From: a plasmid
Length of the DNA stretch: 64,000 nt
Direction: 5' to 3' (one strand)
Sequence record: NZ_CP043850.1
Shown here piece by piece: positions 1 through 7,700 of the stretch (within the stretch, counting starts at the first letter, position 1; each line of letters begins with the position of its first letter). Made by a program: the position numbers and the translations under genes. The notes beneath the pieces are model-generated. The model had not been told where the DNA came from. It did no database searches and saw only the letters and a list, made by a program, of their open reading frames with translations.

Positions 1-389
1 GCGGGCCGACCGCCCCGCTGACGCGGGGCCTGGGCGCGCTCCGCGCGCCGGTTGGGTGCCCCTCCCGTTGAGTGCCCCGGCGTACAGCGGGGCACGGCGG
101 GCGCTGACGCGCCGCCGGGCGAGCTGCCAGACGGCAGGGCCTGGGACGGTGGGGGTGGGGCTGGCGCTAACACTCCCCCGGGCCGGTTCGGGCCGAACAA
201 GGGCACCCCCGCCAGGACGGCCCACACGCCCCCTCAGGCGCGGGCACCACCGATCCGGCACTCACGCCCACCGGCCCCACGAACGGCCCGCACACGCCCA
301 CACAGCCGCCCCACCCTCCCCCAACCCCCGACACGGCCCCGCCGAGGGCCGGCGCACTCCGAGCACCCCCCGGGAGGCCGAGCACACGC

Positions 390-555
390 GCGCCCGGCCC
401 CGACGGCCCGACCGGCCCGGACGGCCCGACGGCGGCCCGGGCCGGGCGGCGGCCCGGGCCGGGCGGCGCGACCGGGCGCACGGGACGCCGCACCACACAC
501 CACACCACACACACGCCACACCCCACGCCATAAACCACGCCACACCCCCAGTAGA
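390..555. repeat. GC-rich direct-repeat tract (GACGGCCCG repeats; GGCGGCCCGGGCCGGGC x2) followed by a CA-rich tract with CACGCCACACCCC x2
   Basis: Direct reading of repeats at 400-470 and 490-552. The tract is non-coding and lies immediately upstream of the first promoter cassette. Confidence 0.5.
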
Positions 556-650
556 CACCCCCTCCCCAAACATGTATTGTTAGACACGTTGGAGGGCACC
601 GCCCACCACACCCCCGCAGGGCCCATCAGGGGCCCCGCACCCCACCCCAA
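553..650 (+). promoter_or_regulatory. Promoter/leader cassette copy 1 (−35 TAGACA 553-558, −10 TATTGT 576-581, GTTAGACA box, leader hairpin GGGCCC-atcag-GGGCCC 619-635)
   Basis: Member of an 11-copy conserved element. A 17-nt spacer separates −35 from −10. The hairpin is followed by CGCACCCC and the RBS AAGGAGG. Confidence 0.6.
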
Positions 651-660
651 GGAGGACATC

Positions 661-1446
661 ATGTTCCAGTTCACCGCTCAGGCCCTGTACCGCGCGCTCG
701 ACGTGGCCGGCATGCCGGCTCTGAAGGCCACTCACGACGCGCGGCCGGCCTTGCACCACGTGCAGGGGGTGTTCACTGATCAGGGCCTGATCTTCACCGC
801 CACGGACCGGTACCACGCGGTGCGTACCGTGGCCGCGTACGAGGGTGAGGCTCCCACGCACGGCCAGGGGGCCCCGGAGGTGCTGATCCATCGTGAGGGC
901 CTCAAGCGCCTGCTGCCGATGCTCAAGGCGGCCAAGTCCGCCCCGGCGACGGTGGAGGCCGACGCGGACGCGGTGGTCTTCACCGTGGGGGGCCAGAGCA
1001 TGCGCTTGGAGAACGCCGCCGGGGACGGCATGGACTTTCCCCGCGTGGAGGCGCTGTTCCGCCTGCACCAGAACGCGACCCATCCCCCGCAGGCCGAGCC
1101 GTTCGTGTCCCTGAGCCCGGAGAAGCTGCAGCAGATCACCACGGTGGTCAAGCGGCACACCGGGCGCGCGATGCCCCTGCATCTGTCCCTGGACCGGTTC
1201 ACTGCGGGCAAGCCGATGAGCTGGATGCTCGGGGACTGGGCCGTGGGCATGCTGATGCCGGTGCGCAACGACGGGCCCTGCACGCACGAGAGCGAGGCCC
1301 GCCGGGACGATGGCGGCCTGAGCCGCCTGTTCTCGGCCGTGCCGCTGATGGAGGCCCCGGATGCCGCCCCCACCCGGGAGGACTCCGCGGAGGTGGCCGC
1401 CGCCCGGGCCACCACGCGCGGGACTCAGGCGTCGGTCCTCGCCTGA
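661..1446 (+). CDS. DNA polymerase III beta-clamp (DnaN)-like protein, 261 aa (the ORF-track N-terminal extension is rejected)
   Basis: RBS AAGGAGGACATC before the ATG at 661. The motif ATDRYHAV resembles the DnaN ATDGHRLA motif. Upstream in-frame sequence is a Pro/Arg-rich repeat translation. Confidence 0.4.
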   Translation: MFQFTAQALYRALDVAGMPALKATHDARPALHHVQGVFTDQGLIFTATDRYHAVRTVAAYEGEAPTHGQGAPEVLIHREGLKRLLPMLKAAKSAPATVEADADAVVFTVGGQSMRLENAAGDGMDFPRVEALFRLHQNATHPPQAEPFVSLSPEKLQQITTVVKRHTGRAMPLHLSLDRFTAGKPMSWMLGDWAVGMLMPVRNDGPCTHESEARRDDGGLSRLFSAVPLMEAPDAAPTREDSAEVAAARATTRGTQASVLA

Positions 1447-1455
1447 TCCTCACGG

Positions 1456-1503
1456 TCCGCGCGGGGCGGGACTGGCCACGGGGCCGGTCCCGCCCCGCGC
1501 GGC
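1456..1503 (+). terminator. Long GC hairpin (CGCGCGGGGCGGGAC..GTCCCGCCCCGCGCG) downstream of CDS 661-1446
   Basis: Near-perfect 15-bp inverted repeat seen directly. There is no U-tract, which is common in high-GC Actinobacteria. Confidence 0.5.
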
Positions 1504-1512
1504 GTCGCCGGG

Positions 1513-1595
1513 TTGCACCCTCCCCCCGATATGTGTATGGTTAGACACGTCAGCAGGGGGCGCGAGGCCCCCGGCACCCCCATCAAGGAGAGCCC
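1513..1595 (+). promoter_or_regulatory. Promoter/leader cassette copy 2 (−35 TTGCAC 1513-1518, −10 TATGGT 1536-1541, hairpin GGGGGC-gcgag-GCCCCC 1556-1572)
   Basis: Conserved cassette with a 17-nt spacer. Confidence 0.65.
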
Positions 1596-1596
1596 C

Positions 1597-1854
1597 GTGG
1601 ACACCGAGACCATCTGCACCTCCGCCACCGTCACCATTGGCCAGCCGGTCACCTACGTCGATCACCGCCTGGAGGGCGGGTCCATCCGCTTCCACGACGG
1701 CGTCGTGACCGCCATCGACCCGGTGGCACAGACCTTCGACATCGCCATCACCACGTTCATGCGCGGCCGCCACACCATCACCGTCTGGGATCAGTGGCAC
1801 GGGGACGGCCTGCCCTACGCCATGCCGGCCGACGAGGCCCCCGCGGCCGCCTGA
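1597..1854 (+). CDS. Small hypothetical protein (85 aa, GTG start)
   Basis: RBS AAGGAGAGCCCC before the GTG at 1597. Follows cassette copy 2 and has a terminator hairpin downstream. Confidence 0.5.
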   Translation: MDTETICTSATVTIGQPVTYVDHRLEGGSIRFHDGVVTAIDPVAQTFDIAITTFMRGRHTITVWDQWHGDGLPYAMPADEAPAAA

Positions 1855-1874
1855 GACGCCCGTCGGGGCGGGGG

Positions 1875-1955
1875 TTGCACCCCCGCCCCGGTAGATGTAT
1901 AGTTAGACATATCGCAGGGGGCACGAGGCCCCCCGCATCCCCCACTGGAGGTTCA
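1875..1955 (+). promoter_or_regulatory. Promoter/leader cassette copy 3 (−35 TTGCAC 1875-1880, −10 TATAGT ~1898-1903, hairpin GGGGGGC-acgag-GCCCCCC)
   Basis: Conserved cassette. The −35 overlaps the terminator hairpin of the preceding gene (CGCCC-gtcgg-GGCGG). Confidence 0.65.
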
Positions 1956-1956
1956 C

Positions 1957-2286
1957 ATGTCCCACGCCGCCCGCTCCGCCCGCTCCCCCCGCGCCGCCCA
2001 CCTGGCCCGCACCCTCACCGTCGGCCTGCAACGCGCGGCCCGCACGAGCTCGCAGGTGCTGCTCTACGGCTCCACCCTCCTGTTCGCCGGGATCTTCACC
2101 GGCCTGATCCACGTGAACATCTCCCTGCTGCCCCCCTCCGCCCTGTGGGCCCTGGCCGCGTGGTGCCTCATGGTGATCGCCTTCCTGGGGCTGAGCGTTG
2201 GCAGCGTCTGCGCCCGCATCATGCTCACCCTGGCCCGCGGCGGCCGAGGCCTCGCCCGCCGCGCCTGGGACGCCTCGCGCGTCTGA
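1957..2286 (+). CDS. Small membrane protein (two predicted TM helices)
   Basis: RBS CTGGAGG before the ATG. Two hydrophobic stretches are visible in the translation. Confidence 0.55.
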   Translation: MSHAARSARSPRAAHLARTLTVGLQRAARTSSQVLLYGSTLLFAGIFTGLIHVNISLLPPSALWALAAWCLMVIAFLGLSVGSVCARIMLTLARGGRGLARRAWDASRV

Positions 2287-2317
2287 CCCCCCGCCCTCGC
2301 GGCCCGCGCGGGCGGGG

Positions 2318-2425
2318 TTGCATCCCCCTCCCATACGTATATAGTTAGACATGTCCAGGGGGATTGCCTCGGACACCACGCAGGGCCCACCAGGGGCCCG
2401 GCACCCCGAGAGAAGGGACGCCCAT
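2318..2425 (+). promoter_or_regulatory. Promoter/leader cassette copy 4 (−35 TTGCAT 2318-2323, −10 TATAGT ~2340, hairpin GGGCCC-accag-GGGCCC)
   Basis: Conserved cassette with a longer leader. The preceding terminator, CCGCCC..GGGCGG, overlaps the −35. Confidence 0.6.
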
Positions 2426-2426
2426 C

Positions 2427-2756
2427 ATGGCGAACGCGATCAAGATCACCACCGACGGCACCACCACCACCGAGACCGTCAACGGCCTGCAGGACTTCCA
2501 GAAGCACGTCGAGGGCTGGGTCGAGGCCCTCGGCGCCGACGACGGCCGCCACATCTTCTGGTTCAACGAGGAGGGCAAGGTCAACGGCATGGCCGCCAAC
2601 GACAAGGCCCACCGCCTGGTCCACGAGCTCGTGACCGGCCTGTCCCCGTGGGACGTGATCGTCGGCCCCGTGCTGATCACCGGCCCGCTGGCCGCCGACG
2701 GCGAGCACTACGAGGCCCCGGCCGCGGAGATGCTCGCCCGGTTCGACCTGGCCTGA
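2427..2756 (+). CDS. Hypothetical protein (109 aa)
   Basis: RBS GAGAAGGGACGCCC before the ATG at 2427. ORF-track frame 2364..2756. Confidence 0.55.
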   Translation: MANAIKITTDGTTTTETVNGLQDFQKHVEGWVEALGADDGRHIFWFNEEGKVNGMAANDKAHRLVHELVTGLSPWDVIVGPVLITGPLAADGEHYEAPAAEMLARFDLA

Positions 2757-2871
2757 CCGGCCCAGCCTCGGCGGGCGGTCCCGAGAGGGGCCGCCCGCCC
2801 CGGCGGCGGCCGCCCGCGCGCTGGCCCGCGAGCGCAGGCCAGCCGGCGCGCCCGGCGGTCCCGGGCGGGGT

Positions 2872-2955
2872 TGCCCCGCCACCCTGATACGTGTATGGTT
2901 AGACACATCGCGGGGATCAAGAGGATCCCAGCACCCCGAGTGAAGGGACGGCCCG
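2872..2955 (+). promoter_or_regulatory. Promoter/leader cassette copy 5 (−35 TTGCCC, −10 TATGGT 2895-2900, hairpin GGGATC-aagag-GATCCC 2914-2930)
   Basis: Conserved cassette. The hairpin shows compensatory stem changes relative to the other copies. Confidence 0.65.
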
Positions 2956-2957
2956 TC

Positions 2958-4121
2958 ATGGCCACCATCGAGATCACCCCGGCCGCCGTCGAGGCGGACC
3001 TGCTCCTGACCCCGTTCGTCGTCGTCGGACAGCTGCGCGCCCCGGGCCACTGCCAGGCCTGGATGGACTCCACGGACCGGGTCTGCTCCACGGCCACGGA
3101 CGGCCACCTGTGCCCCCGCCACCGCACCGTGGCCCGCAAGCGCCGCGCCCGGCGCCTGGCCGAGATCGAGGCCGAGCAGACCAAGGACCGGGCCGCCAAG
3201 GCCGCCGCGGCCGAGCGCGCTCGCGGACGCCTGGGGGGCAACCGCCGCGAGCTGGCCGCCGTCGAGGCCGAGCTGGCCCACCTGTCGGCCGTGCCCGTGG
3301 ACGACCGGGCCGCCGCCGGCGGGGCCGTCCATCCCTCCATCGCCCGCCGCATGGACGCCTCCCTCTCCGAGACACGTGTCGCCAAGGGCCAGCGCCTGAC
3401 CCGCCGCGCCGAGCACCTGCGCCAGCAGATCACCCTCGCCGAGTCCTGCCCCCCACCCCCGGCCCCCGCGCCCGGGGAGCCGGGGGCCGCCCCTACTCCC
3501 CCGCGCCGCACCCTCTACCAGCGCCTGCGCACCCTCGCCGAGCGGCTGAACGATCACGCCGGCGCCGAGATGATCACCCCGCGCGCCCTCGCACAGCTCG
3601 AGCACCTCCCCGCCCGTGACGCGGCCCTCGGCGGACTTGTCCTGGCTGTGGCCGACCGCAGCGGCGAGCACGACCCCGCACACGTCTACGTCACCACCGA
3701 TCGCGCGCTCGCGGGCCACTTCGCCGGCCACCACGCCGCCGGGCCCGCCGGCGGGGCCCTCTACGCCGTCCAGCCGGCCGGGCCCCTCACCCCGGACCCC
3801 GACTTCCCCACCGTGGGGATGCGCTGCCCGTCCGCGACGATCCTCTCCAGCACGCCTGCCACCCCGTGGCAGAACCCCCATGCGGATAAGCCGTACACCA
3901 CCTGGCAGGACCGCCGCAGCCCCATCTACGCCCCCGACGGCCACGCACTGCCCTCCCCCTCGGCCGCGCGTCTGGGCGTCACCGCCGAGGACCTGCACCA
4001 CCTCGGCCCCTGGCCCGAGCTCAACCAGATCAACCGCGCCAGCCACGCCGTCATCCTCACCCTTCGCCCCGGCATGACCCACGAGGACATCGCGCGGATG
4101 AACCGCCGTTTCCAGGCCTGA
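2958..4121 (+). CDS. Hypothetical protein (387 aa) with an N-terminal Cys cluster (possible zinc ribbon) and an Arg/Ala-rich coiled region
   Basis: RBS GAAGGGACGG before the ATG at 2958. Motif CQAWMDSTDRVCSTATDGHLCPRH. Confidence 0.55.
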   Translation: MATIEITPAAVEADLLLTPFVVVGQLRAPGHCQAWMDSTDRVCSTATDGHLCPRHRTVARKRRARRLAEIEAEQTKDRAAKAAAAERARGRLGGNRRELAAVEAELAHLSAVPVDDRAAAGGAVHPSIARRMDASLSETRVAKGQRLTRRAEHLRQQITLAESCPPPPAPAPGEPGAAPTPPRRTLYQRLRTLAERLNDHAGAEMITPRALAQLEHLPARDAALGGLVLAVADRSGEHDPAHVYVTTDRALAGHFAGHHAAGPAGGALYAVQPAGPLTPDPDFPTVGMRCPSATILSSTPATPWQNPHADKPYTTWQDRRSPIYAPDGHALPSPSAARLGVTAEDLHHLGPWPELNQINRASHAVILTLRPGMTHEDIARMNRRFQA

Positions 4122-4126
4122 CCAGC

Positions 4127-4168
4127 CGCGAGCGCCGGCCGTCCGAGCATGGGGCGGCAGCGCTCGCG
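4127..4168 (+). terminator. GC hairpin (GCGAGCGC..GCGCTCGC) after CDS 2958-4121
   Basis: Inverted repeat seen directly. It precedes the −35 of the next cassette. Confidence 0.45.
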
Positions 4169-4176
4169 GCCGGCGG

Positions 4177-4262
4177 TTGCACCCCCTCTCCGATATGTGT
4201 ATGGTTAGACATATCGCAGGGATCGAAAGGATCCCCGCACCCCCGACCGAAGGGACGGCTCC
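4177..4262 (+). promoter_or_regulatory. Promoter/leader cassette copy 6 (−35 TTGCAC 4177-4182, −10 TATGGT 4200-4205, hairpin GGGATC-gaaag-GATCCC)
   Basis: Conserved cassette. Confidence 0.65.
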
Positions 4263-4263
4263 C

Positions 4264-4581
4264 ATGGCCCAGAACACCACCCCCGCACCGACCTCCGCGA
4301 GCGCGCGCGCCGTCGAGGCCCTCCTGGCCGACCCGGAGCACCTGCGCTCCACCCTCACGGCCCTGGTCCAGCGCGCGGCCTACCTCACCGCCGCCATGCA
4401 CTGGGACGCCCAGGACAACGTCGGCAGCTCCGAGTGGATGGCCGAGTCCCTCGCCCACGTCCTGCCCAGCGCCGAGATCCCCACGATCCTCGCCGAGGGC
4501 GGCTTCGACCTCCCCGCGTCTTCCATGGAGCCCTACCTGACCCGCTACATCCCCGCCGCACCCCCCGCCCACGTCTACTGA
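4264..4581 (+). CDS. Hypothetical protein (105 aa)
   Basis: RBS GAAGGGACGG before the ATG at 4264. A terminator hairpin follows at 4588-4626. Confidence 0.5.
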   Translation: MAQNTTPAPTSASARAVEALLADPEHLRSTLTALVQRAAYLTAAMHWDAQDNVGSSEWMAESLAHVLPSAEIPTILAEGGFDLPASSMEPYLTRYIPAAPPAHVY

Positions 4582-4929
4582 CCCCCACCCGTCCGCGAGC
4601 GCCGGCCCCCTCCCGTGCTCGCGGACGGGCACGGAGGCGCAGCCGGTAGCGTGCGGGTGTGCGCCGGCTCTTCTCATGGGGCCACGGGGGCGCGGGCACC
4701 CCGTGAGGGGCCACGCCCGCGCCGCCACACCACCCCCACCCCAGACAACGGACCCCCTGGAGGAGACCACCCATGAGCACCCCACCGCGCGCTCGCGGTG
4801 AGGCTCCGCCCGCGGCCGGATCTCTCCGCCGAGGGCGTCGGCGGCACCAGCTGATGGCCGCCGGCGCCCGCAGGGTCAAGGGGACGTGTCGCCAAGAGGC
4901 CGGGGCTGCCGGCGAGGTCGTCCCGCGTG

Positions 4930-5012
4930 TTTGACTCAACCCCCTTGTGGTGTATAGTTAGACACGTCGCAGGGGGCATGAGGCCCCCAGCATCCCGAGC
5001 CATGGAGGCCCC
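4930..5012 (+). promoter_or_regulatory. Promoter/leader cassette copy 7 (−35 TTGACT 4930-4935, −10 TATAGT 4953-4958, hairpin GGGGGC-atgag-GCCCCC)
   Basis: Conserved cassette. Confidence 0.65.
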
Positions 5013-5013
5013 C

Positions 5014-5670
5014 ATGAACGAGAACGTTCTGACCCGCACCGAGCTGGAGCTCACCCTGACCCTCGGCAGCCTGACCGCCCGCCACGGACGCCCTGGCGCC
5101 TTCGTCGAGCTGCAGTCCCTCTCCGATGCCACCGGCGGGATGATCCTGCGCGTCAGCTCCACGGACGGCCTGGAGTGGTCCAGCTCCCACACCAGCCTGG
5201 TGAGCATGGGCTCGCCCCTGCCTCGGGTCGCCCTGGACTACCCCGGCCTGACGCGCCTGAGGAACGGCGTGCGCGCCGCGGCCGACCTGTGCGGATGGGT
5301 CCGTCTGCGCGCCGACGAGCACACGCTGCAGCTGCTCGCCGACGGAGACCACATCCCGGAGTCCGAGCGCATCCTGGCCACGGCCCCCAACCACGCCAGC
5401 GCGCACCCTGCCCCGGCGCAGCCCCGGCCGGTCGCCCCCGTGAACTGCCCTCCCCTGCCGGCGCGCACGTCCCTTCCGGCCGGCCCCCTGGCCGACCTCA
5501 CCTGCCACGTCTCCGAGCACGCGCTGCTGAACCTGCACGGCACCGGAGACCCCCGCCTGGTCGGCTGGAGCCTCGGCGTCACCAGTCACGGGCAGATGCT
5601 CGCCCAGGACCTCACCAGCACCCGCTACCCGGGCGAGGCCGCCCACCTGCGCCGCCTCGAGGCCCTCTGA
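5014..5670 (+). CDS. Hypothetical protein (~218 aa)
   Basis: RBS GGAGG before the ATG at 5014; an alternative ATG lies at 5002. A strong terminator hairpin follows at 5680-5712 (CCCCCGCGC..GCGCGGGGG). Confidence 0.5.
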   Translation: MNENVLTRTELELTLTLGSLTARHGRPGAFVELQSLSDATGGMILRVSSTDGLEWSSSHTSLVSMGSPLPRVALDYPGLTRLRNGVRAAADLCGWVRLRADEHTLQLLADGDHIPESERILATAPNHASAHPAPAQPRPVAPVNCPPLPARTSLPAGPLADLTCHVSEHALLNLHGTGDPRLVGWSLGVTSHGQMLAQDLTSTRYPGEAAHLRRLEAL

Positions 5671-5714
5671 CCCAGCCCCCCTGCCCCCGCGCCGGACGCG
5701 CGCGGGGGCGGGGG

Positions 5715-5798
5715 TTGACCCCTCCCCCATAGGCGTGTATGGTTAGACACATCGCAGGGGGCATGAGGCCCCCGGCACCCCGAGCAAGGGAGAGCCGC
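5715..5798 (+). promoter_or_regulatory. Promoter/leader cassette copy 8 (−35 TTGACC 5715-5720, −10 TATGGT 5738-5743, hairpin GGGGGC-atgag-GCCCCC)
   Basis: Conserved cassette. Confidence 0.65.
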
Positions 5799-5799
5799 C

Positions 5800-6054
5800 A
5801 TGGCCACCATCAAGTCCCCCGGCACCTGGGTCGATCTCAACGGGCAGGTCACCTGCCTCACTCACGCCCCCATGTCCTTGACCGCCCGCCTCGAGGAGCG
5901 CCCCCGCCTGCGCACGGTCACCACGACCACCACCGTCTGGAGGAAAATCACCGCGACCATGATCACCGCCTGGGCCAACGAAGTCGGGAGCCTGACCCAG
6001 GCCTTCGGCCTGGCCACCTGCGAAGTGTGCCGCCGCAAGACCCCGGCACGCTGA
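5800..6054 (+). CDS. Small Cys-containing protein (84 aa); paralog of CDS 7359-7613
   Basis: RBS AAGGGAGAGCC. Shares NLNGQVTC..HAP.SL..LE and a C-terminal TCE.CR motif with CDS 7359-7613. Confidence 0.6.
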   Translation: MATIKSPGTWVDLNGQVTCLTHAPMSLTARLEERPRLRTVTTTTTVWRKITATMITAWANEVGSLTQAFGLATCEVCRRKTPAR

Positions 6055-6067
6055 CCACCCTCGAACC

Positions 6068-6098
6068 CGCGAGCGCCCCCGAGGGGCGCTCGCGGGCT
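6068..6098 (+). terminator. Perfect hairpin GCGAGCGCCCC-cgag-GGGCGCTCGC
   Basis: Inverted repeat seen directly, downstream of CDS 5800-6054. Confidence 0.5.
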
Positions 6099-6203
6099 CG
6101 GCCTCCAGCGAAACAGGGGACCCCGACTAGGCCCCTCATCAAGGCTTATCCCAGGGCCACGCCGATCAACGCGGCCCGCTTCGTCCCCTATGGAAGGAGT
6201 GCC

Positions 6204-6692
6204 ATGTCCAACCCTCGCCCCAACTCGGAGATGCAGCCGGAGGCGCCTGCGCCGAGAGCGCAGGCCGACTGGGGGCAGTGGGGCCGGCGGGCCACGGCGA
6301 CGGCCCAGGGGATAGTCGTGGTGGCCACCCTCGTCCTGGGCACCATCGCTGCCTTGCAGACCCATGAGGGAGACACGCAGCTCGCCGACCTGGGGCGGGC
6401 AGCCTTCATCACCTTCTACTGTGGCGGGATCAGGGCATTCCTGAGTCTCTATCCCGCAGGTCGTGATCGGCTCCCCTGGTCCCTCCCCGCGCTCCTAGGC
6501 GCACCCGCTGGCGGCTGGCTCTTCATGCACCCAGATCTGTACCGCCAGATCCTCCCGGACCCGTTCGTCGGCATCCCCCCGGGGCCCGCCACATGGGCCG
6601 CCTTCGGGTTCTCGACCGTACTGTTCATCGGTGTGACCCTCCAGGACCTCCTCACGAGGAGAGGTCAGCCAAAGCCGGAAGCCGGGCGCTGA
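6204..6692 (+). CDS. Membrane protein (162 aa, multiple TM helices); lacks its own cassette promoter
   Basis: RBS GGAAGGAG before the ATG at 6204. Hydrophobic segments are visible. It is an in-frame sub-ORF of ORF 5739..6692. Confidence 0.45.
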   Translation: MSNPRPNSEMQPEAPAPRAQADWGQWGRRATATAQGIVVVATLVLGTIAALQTHEGDTQLADLGRAAFITFYCGGIRAFLSLYPAGRDRLPWSLPALLGAPAGGWLFMHPDLYRQILPDPFVGIPPGPATWAAFGFSTVLFIGVTLQDLLTRRGQPKPEAGR

Positions 6693-6726
6693 TCTCCACC
6701 GGCGGAGACGGTACCTGCGAGCCTGG

Positions 6727-6811
6727 TTTGACTCCCCACCCTCATACGTGTATAGTTAGACATATCAGCGGGGGGCACCAGGCCCCCGGCACCCCCACCA
6801 AGGAGACCCCC
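6727..6811 (+). promoter_or_regulatory. Promoter/leader cassette copy 9 (−35 TTGACT 6727-6732, −10 TATAGT 6751-6756, hairpin GGGGGC-accag-GCCCCC)
   Basis: Conserved cassette. Confidence 0.65.
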
Positions 6812-6812
6812 A

Positions 6813-7102
6813 TGGACGACTACTGGGAGCAGATCGAGATCACCGAGGCAATGCTGCGCCTCCACGCCCCGACCACCGCCCAGGGCGTGATCGAGATCCT
6901 GCGCGCACACGACCCCCAGCAGACCGGCATCGCCGGGGACGCGTTCTACTCCGGCGCCAACGCCGGCCACTCCCTGATCGGCACCCTGGAGCAGTCCGGC
7001 TGGGAGATCACCTTCTGGAACGCGCACTACCACTATGGGCTGTCCTATCAGGGCGGCACCGAGCGGCTGCGCTACGTCGAAGGCGACGTCTACACCGGCT
7101 GA
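6813..7102 (+). CDS. Hypothetical protein (96 aa)
   Basis: RBS AAGGAGACCCCC before the ATG at 6813. A terminator follows at 7105-7140 (GGGTGCGCCCC..GGGGCGCACCC). Confidence 0.5.
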
Positions 7103-7271
7103 CCCTCAGGGTGCGCCCCACCAGAGGGGCGCACCCCACCGGCCAACGGCCCACGCCCGCGCTCGCGGCCACCACGGCCGCCTCCGCAGAGACCGACCCT
7201 CCGCAGCCACCCCCACCATGACGCCGCCCGCACACATAGACCCAGACCGGCACTCGCGGTCCACGGGCAGG

Positions 7272-7357
7272 GTTGCACCCACACCCCCCGATGTGTATTG
7301 TTAGACATGTCAGCAGGGGCCATCAGGGCTCCCGCACCCCCATCCACAGGAGGACAC
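7272..7357 (+). promoter_or_regulatory. Promoter/leader cassette copy 10 (−35 TTGCAC 7272-7277, −10 TATTGT 7295-7300, hairpin GGGGCC-atcag-GGCTCC with a G-U wobble pair)
   Basis: Conserved cassette. Confidence 0.65.
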
Positions 7358-7358
7358 C

Positions 7359-7613
7359 ATGAGCGAGACCCCCGCCACCGCGACCTGCGCCGCCTGGTCC
7401 AACCTCAACGGGCAGGTCACCTGCCCCGCCCACGCCCCCACCTCCCTGGCCGCAGCCCTGGAACGCGCCCCCCGCGCCCAGCAGATCCGCACCGACGACG
7501 ACCTCTGGACCCGCATCACCGCCGAGGACCTCCAGCTCATGGCCGCCTACCTCAACGACCCGGACCAGGCCCGACAGATCTACACCTGCGAGACCTGCCG
7601 CCACACCACCTGA
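7359..7613 (+). CDS. Small Cys-containing protein (84 aa); paralog of CDS 5800-6054
   Basis: RBS ACAGGAGGACACC. Shared motifs with CDS 5800-6054. Confidence 0.6.
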   Translation: MSETPATATCAAWSNLNGQVTCPAHAPTSLAAALERAPRAQQIRTDDDLWTRITAEDLQLMAAYLNDPDQARQIYTCETCRHTT

Positions 7614-7700
7614 GCTCCCCTGCGCACGCCCCGCGCCGCGCTCGCGGCCGGTGGGGGGCACACTGAGACCTGATCTACCCAGACCGCCCAGGAGAGACCC

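Noticed and set aside
52-1446. Long 464-aa ORF upstream of the beta-clamp-like gene
   Set aside because: The first ~200 codons translate the GC simple-repeat and promoter region into Pro/Arg/Thr-rich sequence. The conserved promoter cassette and a good RBS place the real start at 661.
2064-4358. 764-aa minus-strand ORF
   Set aside because: It is antisense across three plus-strand cassette genes and their promoters and terminators. Its composition is Gly/Ala/Arg-rich, which is a typical high-GC antisense artefact.
4773-4934. Possible 53-aa Arg-rich ORF between cassette genes 6 and 7
   Set aside because: It has no cassette promoter and no convincing RBS beyond GGAGGAG. Its composition is a basic low-complexity peptide. 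It could be a real leader peptide but is not supported.
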